A stretch of 64,000 nt of DNA from Eubacteriales bacterium (GCA_045537905.1 JAZSQJ010000053.1:36295-100294), one strand, 5' to 3'; shown: positions 23,935 to 31,631, numbered from the stretch's first letter. Numbers and translations: made by a program. The notes: generated by a model from the sequence alone, not told the origin.

Positions 23935-23989
23935 CAAGACGAACCTCGGCTCGCAGTACTTAGTACAGTTTTCGCCTCGGTTCGTCTTG
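23935..23989 (+). repeat. Stem-loop module M1 with apical GCAGTACTTAGTACAG (related copy 31226..31272)
   Basis: CAAGACGAACC (23935-23945) pairs with GGTTCGTCTTG (23979-23989). The apical region contains GCAGTACTTAGTACAG (23953-23968). Confidence 0.8.
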
Positions 23990-24014
23990 TCTGTACTCTT
24001 TCTCAGCACTCTGC

Positions 24015-24045
24015 CAGCTTGATGACAAGGTTTGTCATCAAGCTG
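24015..24045. repeat. Perfect 14-bp-stem hairpin adjacent to hairpin H copy 2
   Basis: CAGCTTGATGACAA-ggt-TTGTCATCAAGCTG. Confidence 0.9.
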
Positions 24046-24078
24046 AGGGCGTAACGCTTTTGATTAGCGTTACGCCCT
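24046..24078. repeat. 33-nt hairpin H, copy 2 (probable cysK terminator stem)
   Basis: Identical to 23789..23821. It lies 20 nt downstream of the cysK stop on the minus strand and is followed on the plus strand by TATTATTTT. Confidence 0.9.
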
Positions 24079-24098
24079 TATTATTTTCAACGTTAAAT

Positions 24099-25028
24099 CT
24101 ACATTTCAAACAGTGCGGTACTGAAATACCTTTCACCCGTATCGGGGAGCACCGTAACGACACGCTTGCCCTCGCCCAGCTTCTTTGCCAGCTCGATTGC
24201 CGCAGATACGTTGGTACCCGAGGAAATACCGCAAAGTATGCCCTCTTTTCTGGCAAGCTGTTGGGCGGTGTCAATAGCTTCACGGTCCTTAACGATGTGA
24301 ATGTGACTGTATATATTTGTATTAAGGTTTTCGGGTACGATGCCGTCGCCTATGCCCATCTGCAAATGGGTGCCTATGCTGCCGCCTGAAAGGATAGCCG
24401 CATCCTCAGGCTCAACAGCCCAGATCTCAATATCGGGGTTAGCCGCCTTGAGTGCACCGCCTATGCCGGACAGGGTACCGCCCGTGCCCACGCCTGAGCA
24501 AAAGCCGTGGATGGGTCCCTCTACCTGCTCAAGTATCTCCTTGGCGGTGTAGTCCAGGTGTACCTGAGGGTTAGCAGGGTTAACAAACTGCTGGGGAATA
24601 TAAACCTTGGGGTTTTTAGCCGCCAGCTTCATCGCCGTATCAAGACATTCTTCAATACACTCACCTATATTGCCGTTATCGTGTATCTTTATAACCTTAG
24701 CACCGTAAGCGGTGATAATTTTAGTACGCTCCTCGCTAACGCTGTCGGGCAGAATGATGATAACCTCAAGCCCCAAAACAGCGCCTGCAAGCGCCAAACC
24801 TATGCCCTGGTTACCGCTGGTAGGCTCAACGATAACAGTGTCCTCTTTAACGATACCGTCTGCCATAGCCTTTTTTATCATATTAAGGGCGGTACGGGTT
24901 TTGATAGAGCCGCCAACGTTAAGTCCCTCAAATTTAACAAGAATTTCAGCCGCACCCTTGGGCACTATTTTATTAAGGCGAATAATCGGGGTATTACCAA
25001 CCGCATCAAGTATGGTGTTGTGTATCAT
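24099..25028 (-). CDS. cysK: Cysteine synthase A (O-acetylserine sulfhydrylase)
   Basis: 309 aa. GNTPIIRLNKI, PLP-lysine context NVGGSIKTR, SGNQGIGLA and GVGTGGT are seen. RBS GGAGGG. Confidence 0.9.
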   Translation of the reverse strand: MIHNTILDAVGNTPIIRLNKIVPKGAAEILVKFEGLNVGGSIKTRTALNMIKKAMADGIVKEDTVIVEPTSGNQGIGLALAGAVLGLEVIIILPDSVSEERTKIITAYGAKVIKIHDNGNIGECIEECLDTAMKLAAKNPKVYIPQQFVNPANPQVHLDYTAKEILEQVEGPIHGFCSGVGTGGTLSGIGGALKAANPDIEIWAVEPEDAAILSGGSIGTHLQMGIGDGIVPENLNTNIYSHIHIVKDREAIDTAQQLARKEGILCGISSGTNVSAAIELAKKLGEGKRVVTVLPDTGERYFSTALFEM

Positions 25029-25076
25029 GTATAGCCCTCCGAATAAATGGTTACATATATAGTTTATGTAAGACTT

Positions 25077-25113
25077 TGTAAAACGCCCCGCTTAAAGTTA
25101 GCGAGGCGTTTTA
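25077..25113 (-). terminator. Rho-independent terminator of pfp
   Basis: Minus strand reads AAAACGCCTCGC-taactttaa-GCGGGGCGTTTT. Confidence 0.8.
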
Positions 25114-25126
25114 TCAGTCGTTCAAA

Positions 25127-26359
25127 TTACTCCGCTTTGATTTTCTTAAGCTTAACAAATCTGGGCAGGCTGTCTTCCTTGGTCATCTGGGTCTCACCCT
25201 GAATGAGGGGAAGAGCGTAGGCGATAAACTTATCGTTAAGACCGTCCTTGGTAGCGTTCATCCAGCTCTTGGGAACCTTCTTTTCGGTGTTAGCAACAAC
25301 GGAAAGGTCAAACAGCTCGATTTCGCACTTGTAGCCGCTCTTGGACTTCTTTCTCTTAAAGCCAACCATCTTATCGGTAATGCCGGAAACTGCATATTCA
25401 ACAGCGGCCTTACCGGCAGAGAAGCTCTCGTCGATGTCGGTCTGAGAAGCGCAGTGAGCAGCGCAACGCTGGAGGAGAGAAAGCTCAATGCCTCTAACCT
25501 TAGCGCCGGTAGCCTTTTCAAGCTTCTTAGCAAGGATGGTAGCAAGACCGCCAAGCTGAGCGTGACCGAAGGAGTCGCGCTTACCCGTATCGGAGATAAG
25601 ACGGCCCATTCTGTTACGGATGCCTTCAGAAACAGCAATAATGCACTTGCCGTTCTTAGCGTAGATTTCCTTAACCTTTTCGATAAAGTTATTGGTATTG
25701 AAGGGAACCTCAGGGAGATAGATAAGGTCGGGACCGCAGCCCTTGTAGCTGGCAAGAGCAGCAGCAGCGGTAAGCCAACCTGCGTTTCTGCCCATGATTT
25801 CAACAACGGTAATCATACCCTTGTCGTAAACGCGAGCGTCGTGATATATCTCCATAAGAGAGGTAGCGATATACTTAGCAGCGGAAGCGTAGCCGGGGCA
25901 GTGGTCAGTACCTGCAAGGTCGTTATCGATGGTCTTGGGAATACCCATTACACGGCACTCATAGTTATGCTCAAGCATAAACTTGGATATCTTGTTACAG
26001 GTATCCATACTGTCGTTACCGCCGTTGTAGAAGAAATAACGAACGTCGTACTTCTTGAATATCTCAAGAATACGGTGATAGTCAGTTTCATCCTCAGAAG
26101 CGTCCTTAAGCTTGTAGCGGCAGCTGCCGAGAGCAGAGGAAGGAGTATACTTCATATGCTCAAGCTCAGCAGGGTCTTCCTTACCCATATCAATAAGGTT
26201 GTCGTTAAGCACGCCCATAATACCGTTAAGTGCGCCGTAAACCTTAGTGATGTTCTCGTTTGCCAAAGCGGTCTTTATACAACCGTAAGCAGAAGCGTTG
26301 ATAACCGATGTGGGACCACCGGATTGCCCGATAATGCAGGCACCTTTTAATGCGCTCAT
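25127..26359 (-). CDS. pfp: Pyrophosphate-dependent 6-phosphofructokinase (PPi-PFK)
   Basis: 410 aa of the PFK family (QSGGPTSVINAS, MGRNAGWL). Specificity positions read GGNDS (Asp at the E. coli Gly104 position) and PKTIDND (Lys at the Gly124 position), which is the PPi-type signature. Confidence 0.8.
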   Translation of the reverse strand: MSALKGACIIGQSGGPTSVINASAYGCIKTALANENITKVYGALNGIMGVLNDNLIDMGKEDPAELEHMKYTPSSALGSCRYKLKDASEDETDYHRILEIFKKYDVRYFFYNGGNDSMDTCNKISKFMLEHNYECRVMGIPKTIDNDLAGTDHCPGYASAAKYIATSLMEIYHDARVYDKGMITVVEIMGRNAGWLTAAAALASYKGCGPDLIYLPEVPFNTNNFIEKVKEIYAKNGKCIIAVSEGIRNRMGRLISDTGKRDSFGHAQLGGLATILAKKLEKATGAKVRGIELSLLQRCAAHCASQTDIDESFSAGKAAVEYAVSGITDKMVGFKRKKSKSGYKCEIELFDLSVVANTEKKVPKSWMNATKDGLNDKFIAYALPLIQGETQMTKEDSLPRFVKLKKIKAE

Positions 26360-26396
26360 TGTAGTGTCATCCTTTCAAAACAAATGATTTCACATA

Positions 26397-26425
26397 ACTA
26401 TAGCATACTTTTCAGCGTAAATCAA
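26397..26425 (-). promoter_or_regulatory. Sigma-A type promoter of pfp
   Basis: Minus strand reads TTGATT (26425-26420), 17-nt spacer, TGcTATAGT (-10 at 26402-26397). Confidence 0.65.
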
Positions 26426-26467
26426 TTATTTTTTCACAGTTTTAGTCAATATTTTCAATATTTTTCC

Positions 26468-26496
26468 TTGACAAGTTCCTTAAATGCTGTTAAACT
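26468..26496 (+). promoter_or_regulatory. Sigma-A type promoter of fba
   Basis: TTGACA (26468-26473), 17-nt spacer, TGtTAAACT (-10 at 26491-26496). Confidence 0.65.
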
Positions 26497-26535
26497 TAAG
26501 TGTAAAATAATTTTTTCAAAGGAGATTTGGTTGTT

Positions 26536-27474
26536 ATGGCTTTAGTAACTTCTACCGAAATGTTCAAAAAAGCATACGAAGGCGGCTACGCTATAGGCGC
26601 TTTCAATGTAAATAATATGGAGATCGTTCAGGGTATCACTGAGGCGTGCAAGGAAGAAAAGGCTCCCGTTATTCTTCAGGTTTCCAAGGGCGCTCGCGCT
26701 TACGCTAACCACACCTACCTCGTAAAGCTTGTTGAGGCTGCTATTATCGAATGCCCCGAGATTCCCGTTGTTCTTCACCTTGACCACGGTCCCGATTTTG
26801 AGACCTGTAAGTCCTGTATCGACGGTGGCTTTACCTCCGTTATGATCGACGGTTCTTCCCACTCCTTCAAGGAAAACATTGAGCTTACCAAGAAGGTTGT
26901 TGAATATGCACACGCTCACGGCGTAGTAGTTGAGGGTGAGCTTGGTACTCTCGCAGGTATCGAGGATGACGTACAGGTTTCCGCTGAGGATTCTTCTTAC
27001 ACCCGTCCCGAAGAGGTTGAAGAGTTTGTTGAAAAGACCGGCGTTGACTCTCTTGCTATCGCTATCGGCACCAGCCACGGCGCATACAAGTTCAAGCCCG
27101 GCACAAAGCCTCAGCTCCGCTTCGACATTCTTGAGGACATCTCCAGAAGACTTCCCGGCTTCCCCATCGTTCTTCACGGTTCTTCCTCCGTTCCTCAGGA
27201 CTACGTTACCATGATTAACGAAAACGGCGGTAAGATGCCCGGCGCTATCGGCGTTCCCGAAGATCAGCTCCGTCAGGCTGCTTCTCTTGCAGTTTGTAAG
27301 ATCAATATCGACTCCGAGCTCCGTCTTGCTATGACGGGTACTGTTCGTAAGTTCTTCAACGAGCATCCCGATAAGTTTGACCCCAGAGAATATCTTAAGC
27401 CTGCAAGAGCTAACATTAAGGAGCTTGTTCGTCATAAGCTCGTTAACGTTCTCGGCTGCAACGGCAAAGCGTAA
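26536..27474 (+). CDS. fba: Class II fructose-1,6-bisphosphate aldolase
   Basis: Start set at ATG 26536 (MALVTSTEMFKKAYEGGYAIGAFN), with AAAGGAG upstream. HLDHG and GTSHGAYKF motifs are present. Confidence 0.9.
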   Translation: MALVTSTEMFKKAYEGGYAIGAFNVNNMEIVQGITEACKEEKAPVILQVSKGARAYANHTYLVKLVEAAIIECPEIPVVLHLDHGPDFETCKSCIDGGFTSVMIDGSSHSFKENIELTKKVVEYAHAHGVVVEGELGTLAGIEDDVQVSAEDSSYTRPEEVEEFVEKTGVDSLAIAIGTSHGAYKFKPGTKPQLRFDILEDISRRLPGFPIVLHGSSSVPQDYVTMINENGGKMPGAIGVPEDQLRQAASLAVCKINIDSELRLAMTGTVRKFFNEHPDKFDPREYLKPARANIKELVRHKLVNVLGCNGKA

Positions 27475-27491
27475 ATACAGTTTTTCAAATC

Positions 27492-27534
27492 AGTCCTGTT
27501 TTTCCTTTTTTGGAGAAACAGGACTTTTTTATTT
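27492..27534 (+). terminator. Rho-independent terminator of fba
   Basis: AGTCCTGTTT-14 nt-AAACAGGACT followed by TTTTTTATTT. Confidence 0.9.
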
Positions 27535-27662
27535 CTGTCGCTATCAGCAAATAAAATCCCAAAATAAGTAAAAATTATAAGTCATATGCGATAAAAGTAA
27601 ATAAATATACATGCGTATTTTTGTATGCCTTGTCATTTTTAACGTGTGCTTAACGATTTGTG

Positions 27663-27691
27663 TTGACAATTGTCATGTTTTTTGATATATT
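27663..27691 (+). promoter_or_regulatory. Sigma-A type promoter of adhE
   Basis: TTGACA (27663-27668), 17-nt spacer, TGaTATATT (-10 at 27686-27691). Confidence 0.7.
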
Positions 27692-27728
27692 AATAGAGCA
27701 TAACTGTATAATAGAGGAGTATTTTTTT

Positions 27729-30347
27729 ATGAGCGACAGAACTTATCCGATTACAGACAGTGTAGAGAAGCTGACGGAGCTTATTGCAAGCGTTCGTGCA
27801 GCACAGGCAAAGTTTGCCACCTACACTCAGGAGCAGGTAGATAAAATCTTTCTTGCGGCTGCAGTAGCGGCTGACAAGGCGCGCATCCCCTTGGCAAAGC
27901 TTGCCGCAGAGGAAACGGGTATGGGCGTTGTCGAGGATAAGGTTATCAAAAACCACTACGCTGCCGAATATATATATAATGCATATAAGGATACCAAGAC
28001 CTGCGGCGTTATTTATAACGACCCTTCCTACGGTATCACCAAGATAGCAGAGCCTTTGGGTGTTCTTGCGGCGGTTATTCCTACCACCAACCCCACCTCT
28101 ACCGCTATCTTCAAAACTCTTATTTCTCTTAAAACCCGTAACGGTATTATCATCAGCCCCCATCCCAGAGCAAAGATGTCCACGATAGCCGCAGCAAAGG
28201 TTGTGCTTGAGGCTGCAGTTGCCGCAGGTGCTCCCGAGGGTATTATCGGTTGGATCGATATTCCTACCCTTGAGATGACCACTATGGTTATGAAGGAGTC
28301 TGATACCATCCTTGCAACAGGCGGTCCCGGTATGGTTAAGTCCGCATATTCCAGCGGCAAGCCTGCCATCGGCGTTGGTGCGGGTAACACCCCTGCGATC
28401 ATCCACAGCAGTGCGGACGTTGTTGTTGCGGTTAACTCCATCATCCATTCCAAAACCTTTGATAACGGTATGATATGCGCTTCCGAGCAGTCTACTATAG
28501 TATTTGACGATATATACGATGCAGTTAAGGCAGAGTTCGAGGCAAGAGGCGCATACTTCCTCAAGGGTGATGAGGTTGATATGGTAAGAAAGGCTATGAT
28601 AATCAACGGTGCGCTTAATGCAAAAATCGTTGGTCAAAGTGCTTGCCGTATCGCAGAGATAGCAGGCTTTACAGCCCCTGCAGGCACCAAGGTGCTTATC
28701 GGTGAGGTTGAGAGCGTTGACATCTCCGAGGCATTTGCCCACGAAAAGCTTTCTCCCGTTCTTGCTATGTACAGGGCAACTGACGTAGAGGATGCCTTTG
28801 CCAAGGCTGAGCGTCTTATTGCAGACGGCGGCTTCGGTCACACCTCTTCTATCTATATAGATACCATCAAGTGCAAGGATATCCTTGATGCCTTTGCTCT
28901 CCGTATGAAAACCTGCCGTATAGTTGTAAACACCCCCTCTTCCCACGGCGGCATCGGTGATCTTTACAACTTTGCAATGCGTCCCTCCCTTACCCTCGGT
29001 TGCGGTAGCTGGGGCGGCAACAGCGTTTCCGAAAACGTAGGTATTGAACATCTGCTTAACATCAAGAACGTGGCAGAGAGGAGAGAAAATATGCTTTGGT
29101 TCCGTGCACCTGAAAAGGTTTATATAAAGAAAGGTTGTCTGCCTGTAGCTCTCTCTGAGCTTGGTCAGATAAGCAAAACTAAAAAAGCGTTTATCGTTAC
29201 CGATAGCTTCCTTTACAAAAACGGCTATACAAAGCCTGTTGAGGCAAAGCTTGACGAGCTTGGCATAACCCACGCAACCTTCTTTGAGGTTGAGCCTGAT
29301 CCTACCCTTGCCTGCGCAAAGGCAGGTGCAAAGCAGATGGCGGCATTCCAGCCCGACGTTATTATCGCGCTGGGCGGCGGCTCTGCAATGGACGCCGGTA
29401 AGATCATGTGGGTTCTCTACGAGCATCCGGAGGCAGACTTCCTTGATATGGCAATGCGTTTTATGGATATCCGTAAGCGTGTTTACACCTTCCCCAAGAT
29501 GGGTGAAAAGGCATACTTTATAGCTATTCCTACCTCTGCAGGTACAGGCTCCGAGGTTACTCCCTTTGCGGTTATAACCGACGAAAGCAGCGGCGTTAAG
29601 TATCCTCTTGCAGACTATGAGCTTATGCCCGATATGGCAATAGTTGATGCAGACTTTATGATGAACGCCCCCAAGGGTCTTACCTCTGCTTCCGGTATCG
29701 ATGCTGTTACCCACGCTCTTGAGGCTTACGCTTCCATAATGGCAACCGACTTTACCGACGGTCTTGCTCTACGTTCTCTCAAAATGGTATTCGAGTACCT
29801 TCCCAGGGCTTACGATAACGGCCCCAACGACCCTGTTGCAAGAGAGAAGATGGCAAATGCGGCTACTATGGCAGGTATGTCCTTTGCTAACGCCTTCCTT
29901 GGTATCTGCCACTCTATGGCGCACAAGCTGGGTGCTTTCCATCACCTGCCTCACGGTGTTGCCAACGCTCTCCTCATTAACGAGGTTATCCGTTTCAACG
30001 CAGTAGAAGTACCTCCTAAGATGGGTACCTTCTCTCAGTACACCCATCCTCATACCCTTGCAAGATATGCAGAGGTTGCTGACTATCTGGGTATAAAGGG
30101 CAACGACGATACCGAAAAGCTGGAGGGTCTTATTGCCGCTATCGACGAGCTTAAGGCTAAGATAGGCATAAAGGCTACCATCAAGGACTACGGTATTGAC
30201 GAGGCGGACTTCCTTGCACGCCTTGACGATATGGTAGAGCAGGCCTTTGACGACCAGTGTACGGGTGCCAATCCCCGTTATCCTCTTATGAGCGAGCTTA
30301 AGCAGATGTATCTTAACGCATACTACGGAACCAGGGAGGACGTATAA
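27729..30347 (+). CDS. adhE: Bifunctional acetaldehyde-CoA/alcohol dehydrogenase
   Basis: Start set at ATG 27729 (MSDRTYPI, AGAGGAG RBS). N-terminal ALDH domain, then an iron-ADH domain (GGGSAMDAGK, His-rich HSMAHKLGAFHHLPHG); 872 aa. Confidence 0.92.
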   Translation: MSDRTYPITDSVEKLTELIASVRAAQAKFATYTQEQVDKIFLAAAVAADKARIPLAKLAAEETGMGVVEDKVIKNHYAAEYIYNAYKDTKTCGVIYNDPSYGITKIAEPLGVLAAVIPTTNPTSTAIFKTLISLKTRNGIIISPHPRAKMSTIAAAKVVLEAAVAAGAPEGIIGWIDIPTLEMTTMVMKESDTILATGGPGMVKSAYSSGKPAIGVGAGNTPAIIHSSADVVVAVNSIIHSKTFDNGMICASEQSTIVFDDIYDAVKAEFEARGAYFLKGDEVDMVRKAMIINGALNAKIVGQSACRIAEIAGFTAPAGTKVLIGEVESVDISEAFAHEKLSPVLAMYRATDVEDAFAKAERLIADGGFGHTSSIYIDTIKCKDILDAFALRMKTCRIVVNTPSSHGGIGDLYNFAMRPSLTLGCGSWGGNSVSENVGIEHLLNIKNVAERRENMLWFRAPEKVYIKKGCLPVALSELGQISKTKKAFIVTDSFLYKNGYTKPVEAKLDELGITHATFFEVEPDPTLACAKAGAKQMAAFQPDVIIALGGGSAMDAGKIMWVLYEHPEADFLDMAMRFMDIRKRVYTFPKMGEKAYFIAIPTSAGTGSEVTPFAVITDESSGVKYPLADYELMPDMAIVDADFMMNAPKGLTSASGIDAVTHALEAYASIMATDFTDGLALRSLKMVFEYLPRAYDNGPNDPVAREKMANAATMAGMSFANAFLGICHSMAHKLGAFHHLPHGVANALLINEVIRFNAVEVPPKMGTFSQYTHPHTLARYAEVADYLGIKGNDDTEKLEGLIAAIDELKAKIGIKATIKDYGIDEADFLARLDDMVEQAFDDQCTGANPRYPLMSELKQMYLNAYYGTREDV

Positions 30348-31102
30348 TGAAAATAAATAAGGATCAGGTTCTTGCCGAAAGACCTACAAAGTCTATATTC
30401 CGTGACGGTACGACCGTTGTTAAGCTTTTTGACAAAAGCTTTTCCAAGGCAAACGTACTCAACGAGGCGTTGAACCAGGCACGCGTTGAGGAAACGGGTC
30501 TTAACATCCCCAAGATACTTGAGGTTATGACTATCGACGGCTGCTGGGCGTTCCGTGCAGAGTATATCCCCGGCAGAACGCTCCAACAGCTTATGGACGA
30601 AAACCCCGACAAGCTGGATGAGTATTTTGAGATGTTCGTTGACCTTCAGATAGAGATGCACGGTTGCACCTGCCCTTTGCTTAATAAGTTAAGAGATAAA
30701 ATGCATGACAAGGTAGAGCTTACCGGTCTTGACGCTACCACCCGTTATGAGCTTCATACAAGACTTTATTCTCTTCCCAAGCGTACCTCAGTTCTCCACG
30801 GTGACTTCGACCCCTCCAACATCATCATAAGTGACGAGGGCAAGCCTTATATTCTTGACTGGTCCCACGCAGTACAGGGCGACCCTGCCGCTGACGTTGC
30901 CCGTACCTACCTTATGTTCTGGCTTGCAAAGAGAGAAGATCTGGGCGAAAAGTATCTCAGACTTTACTGCAAAAAGACCGATACCGCAATGCAGCACGTC
31001 CAGAAATGGATGCCCATTATTGCGGCTTCCCAGTCCATCAAGCGTAAGGACGAGGAGAAAGAGCTTCTTCATAGATGGATTAATGTAGTCGAATACGAAT
31101 AA
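30347..31102 (+). CDS. Aminoglycoside phosphotransferase / choline-kinase fold kinase (APH family), translationally coupled to adhE
   Basis: The ATG overlaps the adhE TAA (TAATG) and GGGAGGA lies 7 nt upstream. Brenner motif HGDFDPSNIII, metal-binding ILDWSHA and Lys in TTVVKLF are present. Confidence 0.75.
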   Translation: MKINKDQVLAERPTKSIFRDGTTVVKLFDKSFSKANVLNEALNQARVEETGLNIPKILEVMTIDGCWAFRAEYIPGRTLQQLMDENPDKLDEYFEMFVDLQIEMHGCTCPLLNKLRDKMHDKVELTGLDATTRYELHTRLYSLPKRTSVLHGDFDPSNIIISDEGKPYILDWSHAVQGDPAADVARTYLMFWLAKREDLGEKYLRLYCKKTDTAMQHVQKWMPIIAASQSIKRKDEEKELLHRWINVVEYE

Positions 31103-31163
31103 CCCATCAAGGGATGTAAAAATAGTCCCGAACGCAAGAAAACAATGAATTGAGTTAATAAGT

Positions 31164-31205
31164 AGTTAAGAGTGACACAGCAGTGCCACTCTTAACTTTT
31201 TATAT
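31164..31205 (+). terminator. Rho-independent terminator of adhE operon
   Basis: AGTTAAGAGTG-12 nt-CACTCTTAACT followed by TTTTTATATTTT. Confidence 0.9.
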
Positions 31206-31225
31206 TTTGTTTTTCTTGCTATGGA

Positions 31226-31272
31226 CGAAAACCGCCCTTGCAGTACTAAGTACAGCTGGCGGACGGTTTTCG
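31226..31272 (+). repeat. Stem-loop module M1, second copy, apical GCAGTACTAAGTACAG
   Basis: CGAAAACCG (31226-31234) pairs with CGGTTTTCG (31264-31272). The apical region contains GCAGTACTAAGTACAG (31240-31255). Confidence 0.8.
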
Positions 31273-31436
31273 CCCATTCGGAACAATTTTTCCTATCCCT
31301 TGAACTTGGTGCTAATCGAGGTACAAAAACGGTGTGTTCGTGCTTGGGCGTAAGGCAGGGCGGCGGTTTCGGAGTCCCCGTCACGAACGAAGAGGGTGGT
31401 GGGGTAACTTCTGCCGCCATGTTTGCGGTTAAATAC

Positions 31437-31544
31437 GGCGTTGCCGTCTGTGCTGTGGCGTGGCGGTTAATTTGTAGGGAACGGCGTCCTCGACGGTCCT
31501 GAACGCTGCGGCTATCGTAGGCGTTGCCGTCTGTGCTATGGCGT
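31437..31544 (+). repeat. GC-rich module M2: two 25-nt direct repeats flanking GGCGTCCTCGACGGT
   Basis: GGCGTTGCCGTCTGTGCTGTGGCGT (31437-31461) and GGCGTTGCCGTCTGTGCTATGGCGT (31520-31544) differ at one position. GGCGTCCTCGACGGT lies at 31483-31497. Confidence 0.85.
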
Positions 31545-31631
31545 AAGGGTTAGGAGATGGGGTTTTCCGTTCCATAACAAAATTCCAGGGGGAGCGGTAT
31601 TCCTTACCGTGTTCGGGATAATATATTTGTA

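Noticed and set aside
25454-26350. 298-aa plus-strand ORF opposite pfp, 297-aa minus-strand ORF 26542..27435 opposite fba, and 24507..25034 opposite cysK
   Set aside because: The opposite strands encode textbook PFK, class II aldolase and CysK sequences. These ORFs are antisense shadows of highly codon-biased genes.
31221-31502. 93-aa ORF (and 31166..31420, 31429..31644 on the minus strand) inside the 31.2-31.6 kb intergenic block
   Set aside because: They have no RBS, and the Gly/Arg/Val/Cys-rich composition is typical of translated GC-rich repeats. They overlap repeat modules M1/M2 that recur non-codingly at 23.7-24.0 kb. I treat them as non-coding.
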